Below are positions 24,501 to 34,323 of a stretch of DNA of 64,000 nt, in pieces. Numbering within the stretch: position 1 is the first letter of the stretch; every line of letters begins with the position of its first letter. The translations under genes and the position numbers were made by a program. Source of the DNA: Nageia nagi (Eukaryota; Plantae; Pinophyta); assembly GCA_050084985.1 (NCBI GenBank), contig JBITNC010000001.1, positions 48,980,001 to 49,044,000 of the forward strand, in the 5' to 3' direction. The notes beneath the pieces are model-generated. The model did no database searches, was not told where the DNA came from, and worked only from the letters and a program-made list of their open reading frames with translations.

Positions 24501-27500
24501 GGGCTGTCCTTGGGTAAAAATATGGACTGTTACTGCTGGAAGTTTGAGTCTATTCAAGGCTGCATTATTCTCAACTGTTCTAGACATGTTGATCATCAGT
24601 TTAGGGGCTGCACTATTACTGTTTTTGTAACTGCAGTATTGAAAAATGATTGGGGAATGATGGTATCAGCCTTCAGTAAGACGTCTTGGGATGCACTACT
24701 TCAAAATGTGGTGGGAAAGGTGTTTTACATCAGGTCTGAATTTCTTTTGCCTGCTGCATTAAGTTTGTTTGAAAGAACTGCTGTTCATGCCAGGACTGCC
24801 ACTCTTGTTTTACCAGCTAATTTCCTTACAGGGACTGAAATTGCATACACAGTAAAAATGTTTTCCATAATGATCCAGACTGTTTTGGCTAGGAAAATCA
24901 CATCTGTGATTGGCATGCAGGAAAGGATTATTAAACATGAGTTTTTAGATTTCATATATGCTTATTTGCAAGATATGAAATATGACAATGATATCATATC
25001 AGTTTCAGCATGTATGAATTTTGATGTTATATTTGTACCAAAGGATATACGGAAGGTTATTGAGGACATTGGAGCATTTGTTACTCTTGAAGAAGATGAT
25101 CATGAGGATTGGCATTGCTCGAGGACAAGCAATCTTGAGCAAGGCGGATTTGTAATCTCCCCAATTTTGACATCTTACTTACATTGGCATTTTTATTTTT
25201 CATATGGGCCACATAGAATGGGACATTTGTCCTTTGTGGATTGATTAAGGGTGTTTTGGTGTATTTTGTACTAATTAGGAGTGATTTGGTACCTAGGAGT
25301 GATTTAATGCCTTTAATGTATTATAATTTCCACTTAGAGTGGGACATTCCTCTTCTAGGCATGTGTAGGCATGATTCATTGTATTTAAACTTATTATAAT
25401 ATTCCCAAATTTTGGTGTCTTGCTCACTCTAGCACAAGGAAGTGGGATGTCCACCCTCATTGTGTTCATTTAGCTATTTAGGAGTATAATAGTAGTTTTA
25501 GAGTAATTTGGGAATATTTCAGTAATTTTGGCATTAACTATGTGACTTTTCTATATTTTATCCCACTTGGGGGCTTTCCGACATGGGATGTTGGACTCTA
25601 TGAGTCATTAATTGTTATTTTTAATTAATAAATTATACAGGCCACTTGAGGATGCCAAATATTGTTGTAATTGTAATACCAAGGCAAATATTAATTGTAA
25701 ATGCAATATTAATCTTCTTTAGCGACGTGTTGCATATTTGGGCCTTGATGAGTTGTAATTTGGCATCTCAAGGCACTTAGATGCTTCTCAATGTAATATT
25801 GCTTCCCCCTATGTTGGACACATCCCTAGGGGCGGATCATAAAGGTTCCAAGGAGGTGACACTAATCTTGAAGCGTAGAAGACATCAAGAGGGAGGCATG
25901 GCACCTAGAAGAGCTAATTTGCACCATTAGATGTGATTACATGGATTTCGAGACACTCCAAAATGTAATGTTGCATCCTTAGGTAAATCTGGACCCTATG
26001 CCCTAATCCTGATCATCCCAAGGTTGGCGTAGGATAGGAAGGACACTCAAAGGGCTATAAAAGGAGGACAAGAGCTTTCTTGAAGTTATGCTTGTTTGGA
26101 ATTTATTCTCTTTTCTTCAGGCTACAGGCGTTGACTCCTTCTCTTGCCTCTTGTGGAAGAAAACCCACAAGGAAGGTGCTGAGATTTAGTGAAGTCTTAA
26201 GGCTATACGAATTGCTAATTTGAGGGTTAGCATACCTCAAAGGACTTGCTAGCTATCTAGGGGTGTTGGCATTACTTTGGATTAATTAATATTGCTAAAG
26301 AAAGACCATGATGTTTCAGCCACAGTTTGAGGAGGAGGAAGTCCTTGTACAAACCTTGCCACTATTGTGGGACAACCTTGATGCTTTTCCTTTGTTTTAA
26401 GCATTTCGAGAATCTTCAGCTAGGGCATCATTACTCTAAGATCAAAGGCATGCAATTCAGTTCTCATTGCAATATTATTAGAATTACATTTTGTGGCTCA
26501 ATATTTTTTGATATCTTGTGAATTTGATCTCAGTAGCTTAGACGTTGGGTTTGTGGATGCTATATTGTGTAATCTTGCCATTGATGCCTAGATGTCGAGC
26601 TTTCATAAGTTTATTGCAATATTTTGAGTTGAATTGTGGAGATCTGGCATTGCTAGGCTAGACATTGGCTTTCTTGCATCCATATTTGGTTTTTGGACTT
26701 GGATGTGAGTTACTAGCTTGCTATTTTGCTTGTAAAGATTAGATGTTTGCATTTCTAGAGCTTGGATAGGGCATTTTGTTTTTTTTTGTGCAAAAATGAT
26801 TAATTGGAATTTTTGTGAGCTCCCTCTGGCACGATTTCAGATTGGCCCTAGTTCGGAATATTTCACTTATTTTGTAATTGTTCTTGGGCAAATGTTTAGT
26901 TAAGATGTCAAGGATGGAGACTTGTCATTTCAAGGACAATTGTGTGCCCCAATGTGGGATGTCTCCCTCCTTGAGGTAGCTAGGAGTGCTTAATTTCATC
27001 TAGGTATATTTTTGCATTGTAATGCGATTTTTCAAGGAGTAATTGTGTGATCTCAAGGTCAACCTGCACATCTCTTGATGAGACATCTAGTCTTCATGAT
27101 TTTGAGGTGAGATCTAGACGTCATAGTGGGATGCCCAGTTACAAAAGGATAGGAAGCACAATTGGGAAGGCATCATTGACTTATTCATCAATTCATCTAC
27201 TCTCGGAGACCTAGTGTGGAGTCAAACTTATTCCCTTGTGGCTCACACTTGCAAGAGAGGGTTTAGGGAGTGGGGATGCCTCTAGATCTAGTCCATTGAG
27301 CCAAACGTTAGCCCTCTTGGGCCAATTTGGTTGTATCTTGATCATTTTGTGATGGCCCTTTTGTATCATATAAAATATTTGTAATGGCCAAAGGGCCTAT
27401 CTTAGTAATATTCTATTAGTAGTGTGTTATGTGTAACTTGGGATAGGAGTTTAATTGGTCACTGGACCCCACTGTGAGCCCCTAGTGGGACGTCTCCCTC

Positions 27501-30500
27501 CCAAGTGTAGAATAGGATAAATTAAGTGTACTTGGAGATTCCGTACTTGATTGTGGGAATCCCAAGATCTCGTATGCTTAAATGACCAAGATGGAGGATT
27601 GCATGCTTGTGCCAGCCTTGGGGAATCCCCTAGACCCCACGTTGGCCCATCCTGGACTCCTAGGCTTCCACGCATGACACCTAGACCCATGTGGGCATGC
27701 ATGGCACCCCTAGATCATGTGCTAGCATTTATGGCACCTAGGAATCCCACGTTGGCATGCGTGACATCTAGGCACCCACGTTGGGCATCTCGTGCCCTTT
27801 GGAGGCTAACGTTGGGGCCTAAGAGCCTAGTGATGATTATGAGGTGAGATTCAGGACCTGGCAAGGAGTATAAGAAGACTTAGAGCCTCATTAGCTAGAT
27901 AGACTTGATCATTATTACACTTACACTTCTACTTCGTTCGATGGACACAACCTTAGCGCAGCGCTAAGTGTATTCCTTAGGTGGAGCACCAAGAGGGTTG
28001 TCAGGTTGAGGGGTCTTGGCAATCTATGGCACTGGTATAGCACCTTTGCCCATTTGGTGGTATTCCAAGTTGGAGTCTCTCCCACTTGCATGGCTATCCA
28101 GATTTGAGGAGGGCTCCTTCGGTGGAGAGCAATCAAGTTGTGAGGAGGCACTATTGTCCCATCGTCCATCCAACAACACAAGGAGAGTTCGTCCGGCCCA
28201 ATTCAGCTCCCATGAGGCTGATGTCAGCCCTTTGGGCTTATATTTGTATTGTTGAGCACTATATATCATAAATATAAGTTGTGGGCATTTGGATCTCAAC
28301 ATTTATATTCATATTGTGGCATTGTTTAGTGTATTTGTGCATGTTTAGGCCACACGTTGGCTTTGTGAGCTTGTTGTGTTCGTATAAATGTGTAATTGGC
28401 CATTCGTTGGCATTGTGTGATGTATAAGTGCTAGGGAGACCCATTGTTGGCATTATTTAGTGGTATTGTGCTTGTGGAAGTCCAATGTTGGCATACTAGG
28501 GTTTGTGTTGTATATTGTGGATGCCCTAGTTGGATATCTTGAAATTGAATTTACTGATATTTGCTTGAGATCTGTCTTGGATCGTTACACATTTCTTGCA
28601 TAATAGTGAGACGTAGGCATTTCTCTCCCATCTTGGCTTGTGCGTCGAAGAATTTTGTGGTTTAATTGCATGTTCTTGCACATTTCCTAAATTATTGTTT
28701 ATTCATTAATAATTTTGGGACAAGAATAATCTAGAGATGTTACATGTTGCTTATCTCATTTCATCTTAGATCCGAGGGTTAGAGGCCCTAGCAGTGTGAT
28801 GTCAACCTTCTTGGTGCATTTTGAGATCAATATAATCCAGATCTGCATTTTCCTTGGTCTCATACCGTTTCTTGTTGGAGTTCCTTGCATGTTTGGGATT
28901 GGAATTGCTATATTTTGAGTAAAATATTATTTTTCTTGGTTTGACACATTACATAATTACAACATATATATTTATGTTAGTGTTATTTTCATATGAAATT
29001 CATTTTGATTATTTATTAAGGATTTTATCAACAAATCTGCTGTGTTATTTTGTCTATAAATATACATTTATTTAAGGTTACAAATAATATATATCACTTG
29101 AAGCTTTTAAATAATGGCAGACACTGCATTAGGGAAGTTTTTTACCATTGATGCCTGTGTGTTAGCATATGCATGTGAGATCCATTTTCCATTTTTAGCC
29201 ACCCCAATTGTAAATCAAGAAACTAGTTCTATGGTCCATGTGTGCTCAAGGTAGTAATTTGTTATCTGGAGATCGAAACCTCTTTAAGTCCTTGGAGTTG
29301 AAGGCCTGTGTGTTAGCATATTCATGTGAGATCCATTTTTTCAATTTTAGCCACCCCAATTGTAAATCAAGAAACTAGTTCTATGGTCCATGTGTGCTCA
29401 AGGGAGTAATTTGTGACTTGAGATAGAAACCTCTTCAAGTCCTTGAAGTTGAAGGGCCCAAATGAAATATTGTATGGAGTTTGCATCAATAGCCTGTACA
29501 GGGATGGGAAAGACATTTTTTGCAAGTGCATTGTCTAGCCTCCTTAAATATTGATACATTAACCATGGAAGGGATGATTTGAGTAGTCCAGTCCTGAGGG
29601 AATTATGGGAAGCTTAGCCTTATTCTTGATTCAAGTAAGGTTTTTTCTAATGCAGAATACCCCGTTTATTATTATTTGCGGTGAAGGCCTACAATTACTA
29701 TTGCAACGGAAGCATCTTGACATAATAATTGAGAGCCTGTTGATTCAGCAATGGGGTGTGCAGTGTTATGAACTCATGACTATTGGCATCCAGAGCATTA
29801 TTGGTTTGTAATACAGAAAACATTAAATATCTTTGTGGAATGGCTACATCATGAGCATTTTATATAGCAGCATTGCTTAGGCTAATGGCTAGTTCAAATT
29901 ACCTTGTAGTTATGCGTATGTAACTACATGCATTAGATAATCTTAAACATTAGTTTTAGCTGGTAAACATGCAAGTTGGCAGAGTGTATATTATGTTTTT
30001 CTATTTTTGTTGGTCTTGCAGCATTTGCAAACTGATATGTAGTAGGCTCATCTGCTCTCCATTTTGTTCCTTTTCTGCTTTTACAGTGTCTATTTAGCAT
30101 TTATGTAAATTGTTTTGTATTTATTGGTAGCTGGTACTGATTTTGAAGTTACACGATAGTCATGTTTACACTTATTAAGTTCCACAAGGTCGTAATCAGC
30201 AATATCTGATTGCGGGAAATTTTTTTGTGAGCAGAGGTTTAAGGACTAGTTTTGGCTGGCCACAGATTACTTGCGTGGCGACTCCAACCTCTCTTCCTAA
30301 AGCAGGATGTGGAAAACCTTTTACTGGAAGCCATGCAAAGGCCACTCTTACATTTGAAGTATGTACTGCGTAATAGAGATGCTTGGCATTCAATAGTCAT
30401 CAACTTGGCAACTGCACCAGATATCTTTATGGAAGCTAGGTGCCTCTTACATAAATGGTTTCTATTGATGTATGCATCCTTTTCCATTCACTTTTTTTTT

Positions 30501-33500
30501 CATCTCTTAAATGGCCCAAAGTTTCTTTTGTTTTTCAATCAATGTTTTGGTAGCTGTAGGCTATTGCAGAATCTTGGGAACCTTTTAAATATAACTCATA
30601 TTGCTTTATTTTTATGATCAACAAATCTTGGAAACCTTTTAAATATAGCTGTAAACGTATTATCAAAAGATCATGGGTTTTGCAGGCTCCCAGAACCTTA
30701 GAACATCAATTGGATTTTTATCTCTATTGTACAAGATTGAAGCAAGCTCTAAAGCTTATGAATATAGTATATTCCTTTTTGCATGAGATACTTCCACAGT
30801 TGGAGTAGCTAAGCTGAAGGTTGCATTATGGATTTAAACAAAATTGAAATGATACATTTTAATTTCTGACCTGTAATCAAATGTTACTCGAGGCAATTCT
30901 TAGAACAACAGATCATATTGGAACAAATTAGAAAACTGAAGCAAAACTCCATTTAAGCCTGGCATCCCGCAGGCATGCCCTCCAACCCCCCTGGAATTGT
31001 ATGAAAGATGAATTTTCTTCTGCCCTCCAAATGTGACCTCCATGATTCGTCATTGCTGCAGATTTCTCAAGCAAATATTCTATTCTTGACATGCCCATCT
31101 ACCCTTTTTCTCGTTGTTGCTACAAATCGGAAAGCTGATGTAGAACTCTATTGCTTTATAGCTAACTAGAAATTTAAAATTCATTGGTGACAATGCTTGA
31201 CCATTTTGTAAGCATTATTCAGACCTAATTTTCAAAGATGTCATATTTTTCATTTGCCTGGCACACATGAACTCATTTTTCCATAGGTCTATTTATTAAT
31301 ATGGTCAGGATACATCCGGAGGTCTCCTTTTCAATGCATTTTCTAGCTGTTATTTGAGCATTCGAATCACTCATTTGAGCATTCTCTAGCTGCTATAGTT
31401 GCATGAGTTATTGCTAGTTCATTGCAGGTAAATCATATGGCCATGTTCAAATTTTTTTTGAATGTGGTAAGCTTGACTTGTTGAATCGCAGTATGCAACT
31501 TACATTTATTATGTAGAGTCCCCACTTGTAGTGTACCAGGAGCAGCATTGAGGTTGTTTGTGTTTATGCCTTAGTTCCATTGTTGATAATTTTGGGAATT
31601 CTTTAAGCATATAAGTTTGGCATTTCGAGTTTTCTTTAAGGATATAAATTTGGCATTTCGAGTTTTCAGTTATATTCAACATCGAATAAATAAGTTCTTA
31701 TTGTACTTGTACCCTATTGAGGGACTAAATCATCTTACTGAAATCCCTTTCTTCTTAATGTGTTGACTTGTACATATTGGATGTTTTCTTGGAGCTTCAG
31801 TGATTCGGATTGCTTTTATTTTTCTTGTATTGGATTGCTTTGTGAACGACTTTGGGATTTACGTGGTCGAATCTGTGGTGTTCATTATTGGAAGTGCATA
31901 TAGTTACTTCAAAACTTATTTTCTTGCTTTTTAGATATACCCCATATTATTAGCGATATCTTATCTGTCTTTATAATTCATTTTTGTTACACTACATACT
32001 TTATGCAATTTCAATTTTAGGTTAATATAGATATGGGTTGTGTTTGGTTGGGATTTTGAGAATATATAGCAATTTAATGATTTGAATCTGATTAATTCCT
32101 AAGATGAACTTTTAAACATGTCAATATTTTAAAAAAATGTTCACCAAGTATGCACCATGGGGATATATGTGAATGGTTATATATACTCACTGTAATCAAG
32201 GATATGAATAGCCTATTGCCAGAGTCTCTGTATGTGACTTGGATGCTTGGAACAGTGGCATCAATGCAGATGAATCCAATAAGTTATATGTATTAGGCAT
32301 GTTATTATTTATTATGGCAATCCTTCGTTTTCTTAGTAACTGTCTGTTTAGACTAAGAACGTGCAAATAAAGTCACTGTGATTAAGGATATGAATAGTCT
32401 ATTGCCAGAGTCACTGTATATGACTTGGAGGCTAGGAACAGTGTGGCATTAATGCAGATGAATCCAATTATTATATGTATTAGGCATGTTAATATTTATT
32501 ATGGTAATTCTTCTTTTTCTTATTAACTGACTGTTTAGACTGTGTGAACATGCAAATGGTATTAATATTTGTTCATGATTTGTTGCCATGGCAGAGGTGC
32601 AGATCGTGTACTGGAAGTGCGTATTGAACTGCTTGCTGCAGTGCTTGATGTGCATTCAAATCCCAGTGCCTGGGGCATATCTGTGGATGATGGTCTCAAG
32701 CTTCCTACTTCATATGCATTCTTCTCCCAGAGACAACAACCATTGTTAATGAATTTGATGAAACCTCTTTCATGTAGCAACTTTGTAGAGATTGTTGATA
32801 CTTTGGAAGACATGCAATCTTTAGAAACATTTCGTTCTAATATTTATCCTAGACCAGCTGCATCACAAAATAATCATGGTCCTGTTATTGGGAGCTCTTC
32901 ATCTTATCAGAAATCAAGTGAGATGCCTTTGCTAGTAAATCATAATTCTTCATGGTATGGCATTATTTGAATAGGAAGTGCATTGTTCTTTGTTTTCATT
33001 CATAAACCATGGAACTTCATGCTTAAACAAAGCTGGTTTTTGATTTTCAGGTCTCTTCTTCTGGACTTTCCCTTGTGGTTTCATTTTGCATCAATGCTAC
33101 TTTTTCAGCCAGAATATATTGACTTTCTAGATTCGGGGATGGGAGCAGCGTCTCTTGATTGTGAACAATCACATTCAAATAATAGCATTGAAATTTTTGA
33201 CAAATTAGGATCACGTAAGTCTGACAGTTCTCATATGGCTGCCAAATATTTGGGTTGGGTATTGAGTCCAATTGATGCTAGGCATCGAGATTTGGTGGTT
33301 AGATCTCTTGTAGAAGCCTCAAAAAGCTGGAATCTTAGGAGGTCAAAGTTGCTCATGTTTTTGCAAAGAAAGAAAATTGGACAACTTAACAGTGACCATA
33401 ATAATTTAGATTTTGCAAATGGAAATCAAAAGGACAAAAGCCTTGTTAGCCTCAAAAAGGAGAATTATATCAGAGTCAAGAAAGCCAAATTGGAAACTGT

Positions 33501-34323
33501 AGAAAATGATATGCAAAACATGGATACATTTCATTGTTTGAAAGATAGTGCACAGGCAGTGATGCTTTGGCTTGGTGATTTCAGCACTTTGTGTAGCAAA
33601 TGTCTTTTGCCTGCATTTTTTAATCTGGGAAACACAAAATCATGCAGTTATAGAGTTGCTGGGAATGGTGAGGGTTATGGTGAAAGTGAAGATGGGACAT
33701 CAGGGAAGGACAAGGGTTCGTGTCAAAATGCACCTTCAGATGCTTGGCTGAAAAAATATGCATTCTTGAGAAGAATTTCAATGGGACTTTTCCTATCAAA
33801 TGTACATATTTTAGATGAGCAGGCCTGCCACATGCTTCTTCATTTTGCTGCAGCAGACGATGATTTGGCACTAATTCCAGATTCTGCTTGGTTTACTTCC
33901 AATATGAGAAATATAGGAACCGATGTAGGCACCAAAAAATCTACACATAAAACTGACAGCTCTAGAAATTCAATGTTATGGTATTTTCAGAGCAAAGGGA
34001 GAACAAATTGGACAAGAGTTGCATCCGTTATCTTGAGCTTTCTTGATGTCATAGAGACATCTTATAGTGTTTTTCAAAATGTCAATGGTTGTCCAAGTTT
34101 CTGGTCTGATGTAAGAGAAAAAGGACTGAAATTTTTAGTAACTTGTATTCAACAGTTATTAGAATGTGGAGATTTTTTAGATCCAAGACTGCTTATTGAC
34201 CTGCGAAGCAGATTTGTCAGTTGGACTCAACAAGGTGAAGCAATATTTTTAGAGGATACTTTATACAATGATATTTTGCAGTTACTGGATTCACAGATCT
34301 CATTGCGACATACAAATATGTGA
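502..34323 (+). CDS. Spliced gene, uncharacterised plant protein (~890 aa): join(502..541,824..1116,1196..1505,19446..19638,30266..30469,32595..32954,33051..34323)
   Basis: All six introns are GT..AG with matching phases (1,0,1,2,2,2). Exon lengths sum to 2673 nt with no internal stop. Junction peptides read continuously (SP|ALWDY, HH|VYNST, HG|EFSTM, FR|LLAWRL, LI|GADRV, SW|SLLLDFP). Motifs such as [28 protein letters not shown] and [11 protein letters not shown] resemble, from recall only, a conserved angiosperm protein of unknown function. The start codon and first exon are the least certain. Confidence 0.8.
824..1116 (+). CDS. Coding exon 2
   Basis: ttcag acceptor (821-823), open frame within ORF 775..1143, strong donor gtaagt at 1117. 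Confidence 0.8.
1196..1505 (+). CDS. Coding exon 3
   Basis: tttttgtag acceptor, in frame with ORF 1271..1543, donor G|gtaagt at 1506. Confidence 0.85.
3788..4198 (-). repeat. 3' LTR of the Reina-like element
   Basis: TGTTACGATG...CCTAACA. About 30 substitutions and 1 indel versus 9348-9757 by manual count (~92-93% identity). Confidence 0.95.
4210..8538 (-). pseudogene. gag-pol polyprotein pseudogene (gag, aspartic protease, RT, RNase H, integrase, chromodomain)
   Basis: ORF fragments: [14 protein letters not shown] (gag), [10 protein letters not shown] (PR), [24 protein letters not shown] (RT), CDVCQRQK and HPQTDGQTE (INT), YGPYKV (GPF/Y), VLVQWQG..DATWE (chromodomain). Many stops and frameshifts. 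Confidence 0.9.
9334..9345 (-). promoter_or_regulatory. Primer-binding site (tRNA-iMet type)
   Basis: Minus strand TGGTATCATAGC versus canonical TGGTATCAGAGC, 2 nt from the LTR. Confidence 0.85.
9348..9757 (-). repeat. 5' LTR of the Reina-like element
   Basis: Direct repeat of 3788-4198, adjacent to the PBS. Confidence 0.95.
9931..10746. mobile_element. Solo LTR (816 bp) inserted in the protease region of element A
   Basis: Ends TGTAG...CTAACA, flanked by CAATT/CAATC (5-bp TSD, 1 mismatch). Excising it restores the host frame LQ-SNFYAL. Confidence 0.65.
13063..16758 (-). mobile_element. hAT DNA transposon, 3.7 kb
   Basis: Imperfect TIRs CAAGGTTGGAAAA / TTTTCAAACCAAG. 8-bp TSD GAAATTAC (13055-13062) / GAACTTAC (16759-16766). 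Repeated subterminal AACTCG/CGAGTT motifs. Internal transposase. Confidence 0.9.
13434..15940 (-). pseudogene. hAT transposase pseudogene (BED zinc finger, DUF659-type core, C-terminal dimerisation domain) with spliceosomal introns
   Basis: [16 protein letters not shown] (BED); [15 protein letters not shown]; TRFASNFL; VFHLVDGD; [10 protein letters not shown]; [21 protein letters not shown] (dimerisation). Minus-strand GT-AG introns at ~16110-15941, ~14609-14504 and ~14115-13995. Frameshifts and stops are present. Confidence 0.9.
17690..17763. repeat. Tandem duplication, ~39-bp unit x2
   Basis: ATTTTTAGGAATGG(TA)AGGATGAAGATAAATGATAAG occurs twice. Confidence 0.85.
18442..18500. repeat. Tandem duplication, 30-bp period x2
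   Basis: CTTAAATTGTCATATAAAGAAGTTATTGA is repeated exactly. Confidence 0.9.
18600..19100 (+). mobile_element. Possible highly decayed L1 LINE 3' (RNase H-like) remnant
   Basis: Fragments such as EAIKIA and [15 protein letters not shown] resemble the plant L1 RNase H C-terminus. There is no long ORF. Confidence 0.3.
19446..19638 (+). CDS. Coding exon 4
   Basis: cacag acceptor, phase 1 in, frame of ORF 19460..19729, donor AG|gttagt at 19639. Confidence 0.8.
20753..21820 (+). repeat. 5' LTR (internally deleted, 1068 bp)
   Basis: Aligns to 25151-25390, 26865-27289 and 28745-28953. Confidence 0.9.
22577..23980 (+). pseudogene. Retrotransposon gag-protease pseudogene
   Basis: ORF fragments 22577..22876, 22898..23188, 23253..23507 and 23608..23835 carry gag and protease motifs, broken by stops and frameshifts. 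Confidence 0.8.
24510..25244 (+). other. 244-codon ORF of unknown origin occupying the pol position and reading into the 3' LTR
   Basis: Open frame in the ORF track with no RT/RH/INT motifs. Coding status is unproven. Confidence 0.3.
25151..28953 (+). repeat. 3' LTR (3.8 kb including a nested insertion)
   Basis: Same termini as the 5' LTR. Contains a TATA-like GGCTATAAAAGG at ~26053-26064. Confidence 0.85.
27290..28744 (+). mobile_element. 5'-truncated foreign LTR nested in the 3' LTR
   Basis: Absent from the 5' LTR. Ends in ...GATGTTACA exactly where host LTR homology resumes (28745 TGTTGCTTATCTC = 21543). Its left end and ~115 bp of host LTR are missing, so no TSD is visible. Confidence 0.6.
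29153..29454. repeat. Tandem duplication, 151-bp unit x2
   Basis: GCCTGTGTGTTAGCATAT...GTTGAAG starts at 29153 and at 29304 with high identity. Confidence 0.92.
30266..30469 (+). CDS. Coding exon 5
   Basis: cacag acceptor, phase 2 in, frame of ORF 30252..30617 ([14 protein letters not shown]...HKWFL), donor gtatgc at 30470. Confidence 0.85.
32187..32557. repeat. Tandem duplication, 186-bp unit x2, just upstream of exon 6
   Basis: TCACTGT.AT.AAGGATATGAATAG...TGCAAAT starts at 32187 and at 32373. Confidence 0.9.
32595..32954 (+). CDS. Coding exon 6
   Basis: ggcag acceptor, frame of ORF 32569..32970, donor TG|gtatgg at 32955. Confidence 0.85.
33051..34323 (+). CDS. Terminal coding exon 7
   Basis: ttttcag acceptor at 33048-33050. 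1273 nt open to TGA at 34321-34323, the longest ORF in the window. Confidence 0.9.

Larger units (their letters stand above)
20753..28953 (+). mobile_element. Non-autonomous Ty3/gypsy LTR retrotransposon (gag-protease only, no RT/RH/INT) in intron 4
   Basis: Ends TGTAATGTCCCC...ACATTACA. Perfect TSD TAATT (20748-20752 and 28954-28958). PBS CGGTATCAAAGC at 21822-21833. LEDK-type tail and purine tract before 25151. Gag ([24 protein letters not shown]) and protease (MVLGVQWL) remnants. Confidence 0.9.

Noticed and set aside
32983-34323. Stand-alone 446-aa single-exon gene
   Set aside because: The ORF begins at a non-ATG codon in intron sequence. A strong acceptor at 33050 joins it in frame to exon 6.
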